DNA of 64,000 nucleotides from Candidatus Nomurabacteria bacterium RIFCSPHIGHO2_01_FULL_41_71 (GCA_001785355.1 MFTQ01000021.1:4033-68032); one strand, 5' to 3'. Shown: positions 35,889 to 46,142, numbered from the stretch's first letter. Numbers and translations: made by a program. Notes: generated from the sequence alone by a model not told the origin.

Positions 35889-37583
35889 ATGCGTAAGAAT
35901 AAAGATGAAAAACCTTATAAGAATGAGTATCTGATATACAATCGGAAAAGCACGGACGATCAAGATAACCAAAAAAACTCTATCTCATACCAAACGATTG
36001 AAGCAATTAAGTTTGCAAAAAGAGAAAAATTATCAATTGCAAAAGTTGATATTCAAGGATTTTGTAAGGGAGGAATAATAAGCGAAAAACATACTGGCTT
36101 CAAAGAAGACAATAAACTCACAATCGGCGCTGATGGCCGAAGCATACAATATCAAATTAACAGACCGAAATTTGAGCAGTTAGTCCATGCACTAATAAAT
36201 GGCGAATATAGAGGTGTCATATTTCTTTGTTGGGATAGAGCTAGCCGTAATAAAAATGACGACAACATTATACGCAAATTGATGAAATTTAATGATTTAG
36301 ATATTCGGTTCGTTCAAGCAAACTATGATCATACGAGTGCCGGAGAGCTACACATGGATGTTGATGGAATGTTTGCACAACACCACTCAAGGAATACTAG
36401 CGAGAAAGTAACAAATACAAACAGGAAGCTTCGTGCAGAAGGCGTATGCACCTATAAGGCCCCAATAGGATACTTAAACACTGGAGACCCTCGTAATAAA
36501 CCTTTTGATCCAGAGCGTGCTTCGTTGGTCAAACAACTATTTGAAAAATATGCAGAAGACACATGGAGTTTAGCTGACCTTGCCCGTTGGGCAAACGATA
36601 ATGGTTTGACCATGCGACCTGTTCGCCGAAAAAGAACTACCGAAGAAATGCTTCGTGATGAGGAAGTAAAAATTGAGCCGGTTGCCCGTCCTATTACTTT
36701 CAATCATATCCACAAGATACTTACTAACTTATTCTATATTGGAAAGGTGTTGGGGAATAATGGAGTGTATGTGAAAAGTATTAGTCATGAGGCGCTTGTT
36801 GAAGAAGATTTATTTTATAGGGTGCAGGGTCTTTTGAATAAGAAAAGAGTCAGCGTTCATTACAAAAATAAACTTTATTTCGCTTACAGAGGACTTATAC
36901 GCTGTGGTCATTGTGAGCGTGTGTATACTCCTTACAAAAATAAAATCAAACAAAAAGAGTATTACGGAGCGCGTTGTATGAAAAATTGCATTAACACAAA
37001 AAGAAACATTGATGTTGATTTTATTGAGCAAAAAGTCGGTGCAATCATGTTTAATCTTTCTTTTACCAAAGAAGAAAAAGCTGACATTGACAGCCAAGTG
37101 CGAGATGAAGTTTCTACACTTGAAGACAAGCGCGTAGCTCAAATTAAGGCCATTGATCAAGAGAAGAAAAAACTCAACGAGGATTTATCATACTTGCGTA
37201 AGAATAAACTTACCTTGCTCAAAAATGGCGTTTACACTGGACAGGATTATCTCAATGAAGAATCCGATATAGCAAAAAAACTTGAAAACCTCCGAGAGCA
37301 AGAGAAGTCAAATAATGTTTCAATGCAGGAAGTGGTCAAAGATGTGGTATTTCTTTCCGAACTTCTAGAAGACGCGTATCTGTATTACACTTTGGCAAAT
37401 CCCACAGAAAAACAACAAATTATTACAAAAGTATTTTCCGAACTTTTACTATCCGGAGAAACCTTGAATTATAAGTGTAGAAATGGATTTAAGGTGTTTG
37501 AAAACAAAAAATCTCTCTTATGTGACCCTGCGGGGAGTCGAACCCCGGTTAACGGATTGAAAACCCGTTGTCCTAACCATTAG
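35889..37583 (+). CDS. Large serine recombinase; the reading frame runs antisense through tRNA-Glu
   Basis: YNRKST, WDRASRN, APIGY, CGHC...C..C Zn ribbon, coiled coil. Confidence 0.93.
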   Translation: MRKNKDEKPYKNEYLIYNRKSTDDQDNQKNSISYQTIEAIKFAKREKLSIAKVDIQGFCKGGIISEKHTGFKEDNKLTIGADGRSIQYQINRPKFEQLVHALINGEYRGVIFLCWDRASRNKNDDNIIRKLMKFNDLDIRFVQANYDHTSAGELHMDVDGMFAQHHSRNTSEKVTNTNRKLRAEGVCTYKAPIGYLNTGDPRNKPFDPERASLVKQLFEKYAEDTWSLADLARWANDNGLTMRPVRRKRTTEEMLRDEEVKIEPVARPITFNHIHKILTNLFYIGKVLGNNGVYVKSISHEALVEEDLFYRVQGLLNKKRVSVHYKNKLYFAYRGLIRCGHCERVYTPYKNKIKQKEYYGARCMKNCINTKRNIDVDFIEQKVGAIMFNLSFTKEEKADIDSQVRDEVSTLEDKRVAQIKAIDQEKKKLNEDLSYLRKNKLTLLKNGVYTGQDYLNEESDIAKKLENLREQEKSNNVSMQEVVKDVVFLSELLEDAYLYYTLANPTEKQQIITKVFSELLLSGETLNYKCRNGFKVFENKKSLLCDPAGSRTPVNGLKTRCPNH

Positions 37584-37594
37584 ACGACAGGGCC
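37523..37594 (-). tRNA. tRNA-Glu(TTC)
   Basis: Reverse strand GGCCCTGTCGTCTAATGGTTAGGAC, loop TTTTCAA, GGTTCGACTCC. Confidence 0.94.
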
Positions 37595-37654
37595 ATGGCG
37601 GTATAGTAGCTCATTTTTGAAAAATTCGCAAAAAATGCTATAATCCGTCCGCGT

Positions 37655-37873
37655 ATGTTAAGAAATAAAGTAACAATGTTATACCTTGCCAAGAATATTT
37701 CCGTCGTCATCGGTCTGGTTTTGATCTGGCGAGGGATATGGTATGTTTTGGACGGATTGGATAAATTAATTTTTGACGGTAGTCATATCTGGAGCGCTTT
37801 TGGCGGGATCATTCTCGGGTTGATTATCTTATATCTGCCGGATAAGGATTTGAAGGAAATTGAAAAATTATAA
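37655..37873 (+). CDS. Small two-transmembrane membrane protein
   Basis: 72 aa; VLIWRGIWYVLD. Confidence 0.7.
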   Translation: MLRNKVTMLYLAKNISVVIGLVLIWRGIWYVLDGLDKLIFDGSHIWSAFGGIILGLIILYLPDKDLKEIEKL

Positions 37874-37895
37874 TAAACTTGTCCGGTGCAAAGGC

Positions 37896-37977
37896 GGAGG
37901 GTTCGCCTAATGGTATGGCACTGGTTTCGAAAACCAGCGGGAGAAATCCCTTACAGGTTCAAGTCCTGTACCCTCCG
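37896..37977 (+). tRNA. tRNA-Ser(CGA)
   Basis: Acceptor GGAGGGT/ACCCTCC, loop TTCGAAA, long variable arm. Confidence 0.93.
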
Positions 37978-38000
37978 CTTTCGTACGGGATTGAGAAAAT

Positions 38001-38447
38001 ATGACAACAAAAAATATTTCAAAAAAGAAAATCAGAGAAACCGCACTTAAATATCTTGCAGGCAATAGGTTGATGATTTTGGCAACTGCCAATAAGGGCA
38101 AACCTTGGGCGGCCACGGTTTTCTTCGCTTATGATAAAGAATTTAATTTATATTTTTTCTCGAGGCCGGAGACAAAGCATTGTAAGCATATAGAGAAAAA
38201 TTCCAATGTGGCAGTGGCGATAAGCCATGACTGGGGCGAGCCCGGTTTTATCAAAGGTTTTCAGATGGTTGGTCAGGCGAGGCGGGTTTCTAAAACAGAT
38301 TACAAGCGTCTTTACGCGTTTTTTCGCAAGCGTTTTTCATGGGCGGACGAATCCCTTAACCATGTTTTGTATCAAATTAAACCTGCGGAAGTTTACCATA
38401 TCAACCAGAAAGTTTTTGGTCATTTTTATCGGGTGCGGGTTTTATAA
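38001..38447 (+). CDS. Pyridoxamine 5'-phosphate oxidase-like FMN-binding protein
   Basis: MILAT..PWAATVFFAYD...SRPETKH...NSNVAVAI. Confidence 0.85.
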   Translation: MTTKNISKKKIRETALKYLAGNRLMILATANKGKPWAATVFFAYDKEFNLYFFSRPETKHCKHIEKNSNVAVAISHDWGEPGFIKGFQMVGQARRVSKTDYKRLYAFFRKRFSWADESLNHVLYQIKPAEVYHINQKVFGHFYRVRVL

Positions 38448-38530
38448 AATTTTGACGATACCACAATAGCAACGACCGTAGCCATTATGGTATTAAAGAA
38501 ATAAATTTCGAATAAAAGATTTAAACTTCA

Positions 38531-39499
38531 TTACCTCGCGTGCAAGTAAAGATAAATATCTTCAAGCGCACGGACGGCATCGCCAGCCGCTATATTATTC
38601 TGGTGATAGAGCACGTTCGTGCAGTCTCCGGCGGCCCAGATACCCGGCACGTCAGTCTTGCCGGTGGATGGTTCAATTTTTATCCTGCCGATCTCGTCTA
38701 GGGAGAGTATATCTTTTACAAAATTGGTATTCGGAATCTGTCCGATCTCCACGAAAATTCCAGAAACTTTAAGTTCTTTTTCTTCGTCAGTTTTTTTATT
38801 TTTATATATTAATCCCTCTACGAATTTTTCACCTCTTACCTCCAGAATATCGGCATTTTTTATTACACTCATTTTCGGATTTTTTAAAACTTTTTCCACT
38901 GTAATTTCATCCGCTCGAAAAGTGTCGCTTCTGTTTATAAGCGTCACCGACTTGCAATACGCGAGTAGTTGGGCGGCTGTTTCAAAGCCCGCATTTCCGC
39001 CTCCTATGACCGCCACATCCATATCCGCAAAGAGTGGTCCATCGCAGGAAGCGCAGTAGGTAAGGCCCTTGTGTTCTAGTCGATCCGCGTTCTTGGCTTC
39101 GAGTTTTCTTCTGGCCGACCCGGTTGCCACCAGCACGGTCTTGGTTTCGAATTCTTCTCCTGTTTCTGTTTTTATCAGGAAGATTCTTTTGGACATTTCA
39201 GACGTTGGACGTCCGGTATTCGGATGTCCAACGTCTGAAACATCAGTCACTTTGGTTTCTTTCACTTCAAGTGTTTGCCCGCTTCCCGTATTAGCCATCA
39301 CGTGTTTCCTTAAATTTTCCGCCAGTTCAGCTCCGGAGAGGGAGGTGGTGCCGATCCAATTGTATACCTGTTCGGATACCACTGACTGCCCGCCCCATTC
39401 GGAGACGATAAGGAGGGTACGTAATTTTTTGCGCGCGGCATAAACCGCGGCGGCGGCTCCGGCGGGACCGCCGCCGATAATTATTAAATCGCATATCAT
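38531..39499 (-). CDS. trxB: Thioredoxin reductase/AhpF-like FAD oxidoreductase
   Basis: IIGGGPAG, ATGS, CASCDG, IGGGNAG, AAGD. Confidence 0.88.
   Translation of the reverse strand: MICDLIIIGGGPAGAAAAVYAARKKLRTLLIVSEWGGQSVVSEQVYNWIGTTSLSGAELAENLRKHVMANTGSGQTLEVKETKVTDVSDVGHPNTGRPTSEMSKRIFLIKTETGEEFETKTVLVATGSARRKLEAKNADRLEHKGLTYCASCDGPLFADMDVAVIGGGNAGFETAAQLLAYCKSVTLINRSDTFRADEITVEKVLKNPKMSVIKNADILEVRGEKFVEGLIYKNKKTDEEKELKVSGIFVEIGQIPNTNFVKDILSLDEIGRIKIEPSTGKTDVPGIWAAGDCTNVLYHQNNIAAGDAVRALEDIYLYLHAR
39196..39240. repeat. Palindrome with 20-bp arms inside trxB, same family as leuS 634-677
   Basis: TTTCAGACGTTGGACGTCCG-GTATT-CGGATGTCCAACGTCTGAAA. Confidence 0.88.
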
Positions 39500-39525
39500 A
39501 TTCACATTATACACTATTTCGTAAA

Positions 39526-40713
39526 TTAGTTCTTCTTTCTCCTCAAAAATGCGGGCACTGCGCTCCAGTCGTCTCCGTCGTCTTCGATTATAATTTCTTC
39601 CTCTTTTTTCTTGTCTTCTTTTTTCATAAAATCGTTTCCACTTCCGATGTTGCTCTGAATCGTGTTATGTATTTCTTTTTTTGCTTGCCCCGCGTTGTCT
39701 TCTTTTAAAGTCGGTCCGCTCGAAACTGCGGAGAATAAACTCTTTCTGGATGTTTCACCCACGCCGAAACTGGTGGCAATGACAGTGACTTTGAGTTCTC
39801 CCTTTTTGAGTTTGTCGTCTCTGATGGTGCCGAAAATGACCTTCGCGTCCTTGTCTATGGATTCTGTTATTATTTTAGCGGCGTCTTGGATCTCGTGAAT
39901 GGTAATGTCGTCTCCGCCGGAGATAGCAAAAAGCACTCCTTTGGCTCCATTGATGGAGACCTCAAGAAGAGGAGAATTAATAGCCTGAAGCGCCGCCTTT
40001 TCGGCGCGCTTGTCTCCGGAAGAAAGGCCGATACCCATCAGGGCGGAGCCGGCGTCTTGCATGATGGCTCGGATATCCGCGAAGTCCACATTGATGATAC
40101 CCGGAGTGGTGATGAGGTCGGAGATGCCTTCTACCGCCTGGCGGAGTACATCGTCGCACTGGGCGAAAGCATCCTTGAAATTAGTATTTTTGTCCGCCAG
40201 CTGGAGAAGCTTGTCATTGGGGATGATAATAATGGCGTCCACTTCTTTGGCCAATTCCTCAATACCCTTTTCCGCTATCTTCATGCGATGAGCTCCTTCG
40301 AAGAAAAATGGCTTGGTGGTAACCGCGATGGTAAGAATGCCTTGCTCTCTAGCCGCTCGCGCCACTATCGGCGCCGCTCCCGTGCCGGTACCTCCGCCCA
40401 TTCCGCAGGCGATAAACACCATATCCGCCCCTTTCATTACATCCTGAATTTCTGATTTGGTTTCCTCGGCCGCCTTGCGTCCCACTTCCGGATTCATGCC
40501 GGCGCCGAGACCCTTGGTAAGATTTTTCCCTATGTGAATTTTCTTGTCGGCCAGAGAATGATGCAGATCTTGAGTATCGGTATTCATGCAGATAAACGAC
40601 ACCCCCTTGACTTTAGAGTTGATCATGTGGTTTACCGCATTCTTGCCTGATCCGCCTATTCCGAGCACTATTATTCTGGCAAAACTCTCTATCGCTTGGT
40701 TTACTTTTGGCAT
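39526..40713 (-). CDS. ftsZ: Cell division protein FtsZ
   Basis: GGGTGTG tubulin motif, INVDFAD, C-terminal VPAFLRRK. Confidence 0.98.
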   Translation of the reverse strand: MPKVNQAIESFARIIVLGIGGSGKNAVNHMINSKVKGVSFICMNTDTQDLHHSLADKKIHIGKNLTKGLGAGMNPEVGRKAAEETKSEIQDVMKGADMVFIACGMGGGTGTGAAPIVARAAREQGILTIAVTTKPFFFEGAHRMKIAEKGIEELAKEVDAIIIIPNDKLLQLADKNTNFKDAFAQCDDVLRQAVEGISDLITTPGIINVDFADIRAIMQDAGSALMGIGLSSGDKRAEKAALQAINSPLLEVSINGAKGVLFAISGGDDITIHEIQDAAKIITESIDKDAKVIFGTIRDDKLKKGELKVTVIATSFGVGETSRKSLFSAVSSGPTLKEDNAGQAKKEIHNTIQSNIGSGNDFMKKEDKKKEEEIIIEDDGDDWSAVPAFLRRKKN

Positions 40714-40796
40714 ATTTTCTTGATAAAATTAATCCGATTGGTATGTCGGGCTTGTATATGGGCATACTACCACTAGTCCGAAAAAAAGCAAACCCC

Positions 40797-40831
40797 ACTT
40801 GGAGGCAAGACCTCCAAGTTCCCTCCAAGTT
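40797..40831. repeat. REP-like palindrome plus half copy downstream of RAYT-2
   Basis: ACTTGGAGG-CAAGA-CCTCCAAGT followed by CCTCCAAGTT. Confidence 0.88.
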
Positions 40832-40835
40832 CGAA

Positions 40836-41480
40836 TTAATCAAATTCAAAGTTTTTGACCTCTTCCTTTCTATTACATGTAGTTTTCCAAGTTTCTAGTG
40901 CAAATTTCTCGTATTCTTTTTTGGATTTGAATTGGCCAAGAATCATAGATTTTTCACAAAAATTGATATTACTAGATTGGGTATATTCTATCCAACTTGA
41001 CATGTTTAACGATTTTTTAATTACCCCATTTTTGTCATAGTTGTTTAAATTTATATAAGCGCCAACTTGAAGTAAATACTCATTTGAATTTATGTGTTTA
41101 CTTTTAAATTTTCCCTGAAAGAGTGAACCCGATCTCTTATTTCTTTCGTTAAAATACATAGTGTAACCAGTTCCAAGTCGTTGCATAAATTTTTCCACTC
41201 CTTTTTCCACAAGGGGAGTGAGAAGAAAGTGATAATGATTAGGATTCAAACAGTAAGTTACAAATCTTACCAACTTGGAGGTCTTGCCTCCAAGTTGCTT
41301 TTCTTTTACAAAACTATTCTCATACAAACTACCAATGGGATTTTTAGTATTAAATTCTTTCATACTTTGAAAAAATCTTCCCAAATCTTTTTTATCGGAA
41401 AATATATTTCTTTTATCTACGCCCCTATTATAAATATGATAATACTCTCCTGGCAGGAAGGCCATTTTTCTCATAGACAT
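40836..41480 (-). mobile_element. RAYT-like Y1 transposase 2, between ftsA and ftsZ; internal REP at 41271-41297
   Basis: YYHIYNRG, NPNHYHF, RSGSLFQGKFKS, YINLN. Confidence 0.9.
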
Positions 41481-41493
41481 ACCTAAATTATAG

Positions 41494-41518
41494 CACTTGG
41501 AGGCAAGACCTCCAAGTG
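41494..41518. repeat. REP-like palindrome upstream of RAYT-2
   Basis: CACTTGGAGG-CAAGA-CCTCCAAGTG. Confidence 0.9.
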
Positions 41519-41520
41519 GA

Positions 41521-42684
41521 TTAAGGCATCAGCTGTTTTAGTCCCGACTTCAGAGTTTTTTTTGTTTCTTTCCAGAATTGATGGAAAGAATTTCCGGAAT
41601 ATTCTTCTTTGCCTCGTACGGCTATTATAGTGCCTAGAGCGATGAACCAAGCCGGATCTCGAAGCTTGGTTTTAGCGTTGCCGAAAATTTCTGTTTCTCC
41701 TATTTTAGAAGGGAGCTTCAGCGCATCTTCGGCAAGTTCCACCAAGCGGGGGGTATTGGCGCCTCCGCCGATGAATACGATTCCGGCCGGCAAAAGCTCG
41801 GAACGTTTTATTTTTTTTAAATGATTTTCTAAAAGTTCAAAGATATCAGACAGACGAGCTTCTATTATTTCTTCCAGTTTTTTCTTTGAATATTCCTCGA
41901 TTAAGTTTCCAAGCTTCAAACTCTCCGCTGTTTCGAGGGGAATTTTCATACCGAGGGCTATATCGTTGGTAATGTCTTCTCCGCCTATCGAAAAAGTATG
42001 AATAGAGGAGAGCAATCCGTTTTCAAAAATAGAAATAGAGACTTTTTCCGCTCCGATATCCACCACCGCCGAACCCACCACTTTCTGTCTTTGCGAGAGG
42101 GCGATCATGCTTCCGGCTACTCCTCCCGGGACCACATCCACTGCTTCTATCCCGGCCTCCGCTACTGCGGCTAGCAGATCTTCCAGATGCACGGAAGAAT
42201 AAGTGACGAAAAGAGCCTTTGCTTCCAGCTTGTTTCCGCGCAAGCCCTCGAGTCTGCCGAGCACTTCTTTTCCGTCTAATCGGAAGGAAAGTGGCACCAC
42301 TTGAATTATTTTTTTGTTATTTAAATTAAGATTATCTTCACATTCATCCAACGCCTTGTTTACATCAAGGCTTGTGACTTCTCCATCGGATTTGGTGATA
42401 ATGGAGACTCCGGTCGAAACCACGCTTCGAAGAGTGGCGCCGGAGAGCGACACCAGAGCCCGCCTTATCTTAATGCCGCTTGATCTCTCCGCTATTTCTG
42501 CCGCCTTCTTTACCGAGGAGGCTATCTCTTCTATATTGATCACGTAGCCGTGCCTCATGCCAAAAGTGGGGCTTTCGCCCGCGCCGATTATTTTAGGATT
42601 TTGTTCTCCTTTGAGAAATTCCCCCACTACTATCCGGGTCATGGAGGAACCTACGTCTATTCCGATAGAAATATTTCTGGTCAT
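41521..42684 (-). CDS. ftsA: Cell division protein FtsA
   Basis: GIDVGSS, VDIGA, ITNDIA, IIEARL, IGGGA. Confidence 0.94.
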   Translation of the reverse strand: MTRNISIGIDVGSSMTRIVVGEFLKGEQNPKIIGAGESPTFGMRHGYVINIEEIASSVKKAAEIAERSSGIKIRRALVSLSGATLRSVVSTGVSIITKSDGEVTSLDVNKALDECEDNLNLNNKKIIQVVPLSFRLDGKEVLGRLEGLRGNKLEAKALFVTYSSVHLEDLLAAVAEAGIEAVDVVPGGVAGSMIALSQRQKVVGSAVVDIGAEKVSISIFENGLLSSIHTFSIGGEDITNDIALGMKIPLETAESLKLGNLIEEYSKKKLEEIIEARLSDIFELLENHLKKIKRSELLPAGIVFIGGGANTPRLVELAEDALKLPSKIGETEIFGNAKTKLRDPAWFIALGTIIAVRGKEEYSGNSFHQFWKETKKTLKSGLKQLMP

Positions 42685-43045
42685 ATTTTTTTTCCGCTTT
42701 GTCCATTATACTGCCATGACGCATTCCTTTCAAATGAAGCATGCCGTGGATAACCAGAATGCCCAAGTGGAGGCCGAAAGTTTTTCCAAAACTTTCGGCC
42801 TCTTTCTTGATCACTGTTCCGCACAATATTATTTCACCTTCTTTTTTTTTAAGAGAAAAAGACAGCACGTTGGCGACTTTATCTTTTTTCCTGTATTTTT
42901 TGTTCAACTCCCGGGATTTTTTCTCATCCACGAAAGCTATCGATAAGGAGTAGTTTTCGCCCAAGATGTCGTTCTTTATAGCTGAAAATTGCAACCGAGG
43001 GATCCGGAGACGGGTCGTGTTTGTAGTGAAGAAACCGCCTTGCAT
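42593..43045 (-). CDS. ybeY: rRNA maturation RNase YbeY
   Basis: LNKKYRKKDKVANVLSF and IHGMLHLKGMRH. Confidence 0.9.
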   Translation of the reverse strand: MQGGFFTTNTTRLRIPRLQFSAIKNDILGENYSLSIAFVDEKKSRELNKKYRKKDKVANVLSFSLKKKEGEIILCGTVIKKEAESFGKTFGLHLGILVIHGMLHLKGMRHGSIMDKAEKKYDQKYFYRNRRRFLHDPDSSGGISQRRTKS

Positions 43046-43046
43046 T

Positions 43047-43295
43047 TTATCTGCGAGTCTGATGTCCGCCACCGATCTTGCCGAGCTTCCTTAGGATTTC
43101 AATTTCTTTTCTTTTTTTGATTCTTTTCAGAGCACTTTTCTTAACTTTTAGCCTGGATTCTTTTCTTTCATTGTAGCGTGAACCCTTAATCTTGTGGATG
43201 ATGCCAGACTCTTGCACCCTGCGCGAAAAACGACGCAAGACGCTTGCGTTGTTTTCATTCGGATTTTTTTTGACTTCAATCACTGCTTTGGCCAT
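43047..43295 (-). CDS. rpsU: 30S ribosomal protein S21-like
   Basis: EVKKNPNEN..SVLRRFSRRVQESG; short and basic. Confidence 0.72.
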   Translation of the reverse strand: MAKAVIEVKKNPNENNASVLRRFSRRVQESGIIHKIKGSRYNERKESRLKVKKSALKRIKKRKEIEILRKLGKIGGGHQTRR

Positions 43296-43301
43296 ATTTT
43301 G

Positions 43302-43327
43302 TCCGCCGAAGCCTTGGCGAAGGCGGA
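43302..43327. repeat. Short GC-rich imperfect palindrome
   Basis: TCCGCC-GAAGCCTTGGCGAA-GGCGGA. Confidence 0.6.
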
Positions 43328-43418
43328 TGACTAGAGAATATCACAAAAATTATTTTTAGCAACCAGTTGGATTTGGATTTATTGACTTTCCGCTAAAAAA
43401 ATATAATAATTATTAATT

Positions 43419-43886
43419 ATGCAGCAAGTGGCGGACTATATAACCGAAGAGAAAAAACAGGAATTAGAAACGGAGCTTGCGGATTTGCGCGGTCCGAGAA
43501 GAAAAGAGATTTTAGAAGCTTTGCAGTATGCCAAATCTCTGGGTGACTTATCGGAGAACGCGGAATATCACCAAGCGAGGGAGGATCAGGGGAAACTCGA
43601 AGTCAGGATCCAAAAGATCGAACAAATTCTTCAGTCTGCCCAGGTAATTCAAAGTAAGGGCGGAAATATTATTCAAGTGGGATCGAAAGTAGTGGTGCAG
43701 AAAGCGGGAATGACCGAAGAGAAGATTTATGTGATAGTGGGTTCGGAGGAAGCCTCCATGGCTGAAGGAAAAATTTCCAATCGTTCTCCGTTCGGCGCGG
43801 CTATGTTCGGAAAAAAAAAGGGAGATAGGATATCCTTCGAGACTCCACGGGGAACGGTAAATTATAAAATAATAAAAGTGTCTTAA
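43419..43886 (+). CDS. greA: Transcription elongation factor GreA
   Basis: GDLSENAEYHQA and IS..SPFG. Confidence 0.95.
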   Translation: MQQVADYITEEKKQELETELADLRGPRRKEILEALQYAKSLGDLSENAEYHQAREDQGKLEVRIQKIEQILQSAQVIQSKGGNIIQVGSKVVVQKAGMTEEKIYVIVGSEEASMAEGKISNRSPFGAAMFGKKKGDRISFETPRGTVNYKIIKVS

Positions 43887-43908
43887 TCGCCCCTGGGGCG
43901 GAATAAAA

Positions 43909-45369
43909 ATGTCTTCACTCGACGAGATCAGGGACATCCGGATAAAAAAAATAAATCTGCTTCGAAAGGCGGGGATGGATCCGTATCCGGCGGATTCAAA
44001 AAGAGAAATTTCTTTAAAAGACGCGGTTGATAGTTTTGACAATTTAGAAAAAAATAGGAAAGAAAAATGGATTGCCGGACGCATCATGTCTATCCGTGGA
44101 CAGGGAGCAATAATTTTTTTCACTTTATACGACGGCACCGGCAGTTTCCAGGGAGTGCTCAAAAAGGACGTCTTGGGAGCCGAAAAACTCGATTTTTGGA
44201 ACGAAGTAGTCGACATTGGGGATTTCGTAGAAGTACGGGGAATTTTTTTTAAGACAAACAGGGGAGAAAAAACAATAGAAGCAAAAGACTGGCGCATGCT
44301 CTCAAAAAGTCTGCGGCCGCTTCCAGAGAAATGGCATGGACTCACAGACTCCGAAGAGAGATACAGAAAACGATATTTGGATATCTTGATGAATCCGGAG
44401 CTTAAGGAACTTTTCGAAAAGAAGGCAAAATTTTGGGATGTCACTCGGGAATTTATGAAGCAAAAAGGATTTCTGGAAGTAGAAACTCCGACACTTGAGA
44501 CGACTACCGGTGGCGCCGAAGCCACTCCTTTTAAGACTCACCATAATGATTATGATATGGATGTGTATTTAAGAATTTCTGTCGGCGAGCTTTGGCAGAA
44601 AAGGCTGATGGCTGGAGGATTTCCAAAAACCTTTGAAATCGGGAGAATATACAGGAACGAGGGTACTAGTCCGGAGCATGCGCAGGAATTTACAAATATG
44701 GAATTTTACTGGGGCTTTGCCAATTACAACGACGGTATGGCTCTAGTACGAGAGATGTATATTGAAATAGCCAAGAAAGTTTTTTGCACGACCAAATTCT
44801 CGAGTCACGGACACACTTTTGATCTGATGGATGAGTGGAAAGAAATAGATTATGTTTCAGAAATAAAAAATCGGACCGGGGTGGATGTTCTTTCCGCAGG
44901 CGAAAAAGATATGATGAAAAAATTAGACGAGCTTGGAGTGAAATATGAGGGTATGGGCAAAGAACGCTTGACGGATTCGCTCTGGAAGTATTGCCGAAAG
45001 CAAATATCCGGTCCGGCAATGCTTATTCATCATCCGACTCTAGTAGCCCCACTGTCAAAAATTAATCCCGCGAATCCGTTGACCACAGAAAGATTTCAGC
45101 CACTCATTGCAGGTAGCGAAGTAGGGAATGGATATTCGGAATTAAATGACCCCATAGATCAGCATGAACGTTTTGAAGTTCAGAGAAAGCTAATAGAAGC
45201 GGGGGATGAAGAGGCCATGATGCCGGATGACGAATTTGTGGAAATGCTCGAGTATGGTATGCCGCCTACTTGCGGATTCGGGTTTGGCGAGAGACTTTTT
45301 TCAATATTGTCAGATAAACCCCTTCGCGAAACTCAAATATTCCCGTTAATGAAGCCCAAGGAGAATTAA
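43909..45369 (+). CDS. lysS: Lysyl-tRNA synthetase (class II)
   Basis: RYRKRYLD, EVETP, GGAEATPF, YRNEG, YGMPP. Confidence 0.97.
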   Translation: MSSLDEIRDIRIKKINLLRKAGMDPYPADSKREISLKDAVDSFDNLEKNRKEKWIAGRIMSIRGQGAIIFFTLYDGTGSFQGVLKKDVLGAEKLDFWNEVVDIGDFVEVRGIFFKTNRGEKTIEAKDWRMLSKSLRPLPEKWHGLTDSEERYRKRYLDILMNPELKELFEKKAKFWDVTREFMKQKGFLEVETPTLETTTGGAEATPFKTHHNDYDMDVYLRISVGELWQKRLMAGGFPKTFEIGRIYRNEGTSPEHAQEFTNMEFYWGFANYNDGMALVREMYIEIAKKVFCTTKFSSHGHTFDLMDEWKEIDYVSEIKNRTGVDVLSAGEKDMMKKLDELGVKYEGMGKERLTDSLWKYCRKQISGPAMLIHHPTLVAPLSKINPANPLTTERFQPLIAGSEVGNGYSELNDPIDQHERFEVQRKLIEAGDEEAMMPDDEFVEMLEYGMPPTCGFGFGERLFSILSDKPLRETQIFPLMKPKEN

Positions 45370-45389
45370 AAATAATTTAAATAATATTT

Positions 45390-45602
45390 ATGGAACAATC
45401 ATTTGGTAACAATGAATTAGAAAATAAAAAACCAACTCGAACAGTTGAGGAGCTGGAATCAATGATAGCAGTTATTGATGCAGAGATTGTTCGTGATGGT
45501 GAAAAAATTGATCCACATAAACTTGATAATCTGACTCGCGCCAAAGGTGTTTACTTGCGAGAATTAGCCAGATTAAAAGGCGAGATCATAAACAATGAAT
45601 GA
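45390..45602 (+). CDS. Hypothetical protein
   Basis: 70-aa ORF directly after lysS. Confidence 0.5.
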   Translation: MEQSFGNNELENKKPTRTVEELESMIAVIDAEIVRDGEKIDPHKLDNLTRAKGVYLRELARLKGEIINNE

Positions 45603-45689
45603 AGGTATTACCAATTTTTCTTAATAAAAAATCTTCTCTAAATTTAAGACTCGCCTTGTCTCGGACAAGGTAAAATACAGGGCAAGCTA

Positions 45690-46082
45690 CTACTTGCGCC
45701 TAATAGCGAACACTTGAGGATTTGTTCTTCTTATTTCTTTTGTTTGATGGATTTGCCCCGGAAACATAGTATCAGATGTTTTCTCTTGTACGGCTTTGGG
45801 TTTTCTTTCAGTTCTGAGCACTTCTTTAGCTTTTTTTGAAATTTCATATTTTTCCTTGAGCTTATCTAAATCTATGCCGTAGACTTCGGCAATTTTCAGC
45901 AATTTTTCTTCGTCAGGGAGGTTTACACTACTTTCCCATCTTTCTAATGCAACTTGTGACACACTAAGTTGGGCCGCCAGGTTTTTTCTGCTTTTACCAG
46001 TTACGTTACGCTGTCTAGACAGCAAAACACCGAACTCGGAAATAAGCTCCTCATTTTGTGTTAAATCTATACCTTCTTTCAT
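45690..46082 (-). CDS. XRE-family HTH protein
   Basis: SRKNLAAQLSVSQVALERWESSVNLP. Confidence 0.8.
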   Translation of the reverse strand: MKEGIDLTQNEELISEFGVLLSRQRNVTGKSRKNLAAQLSVSQVALERWESSVNLPDEEKLLKIAEVYGIDLDKLKEKYEISKKAKEVLRTERKPKAVQEKTSDTMFPGQIHQTKEIRRTNPQVFAIRRK

Positions 46083-46142
46083 AATGTGTATTATAACAAA
46101 CTGTGCCTTTTGAGTTATCCACAGGCAAGACTTGCCAGAGCT

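Larger units (their letters stand above)
28598..37525. mobile_element. About 8.9-kb integrative element at the tRNA-Glu(TTC) 3' end; att core GTGA
   Basis: The recombinase reads into the tRNA at TGTGA|CCC; GGTGA|ACCC at 28597-28605 is followed by an in-frame candidate C-terminus EPKSWLSELIKESQG... Confidence 0.72.

Noticed and set aside
43548-44525. 325-aa minus-strand ORF and similar long antisense ORFs elsewhere
   Set aside because: Shadows of greA/lysS and other well-supported genes; no recognisable motifs
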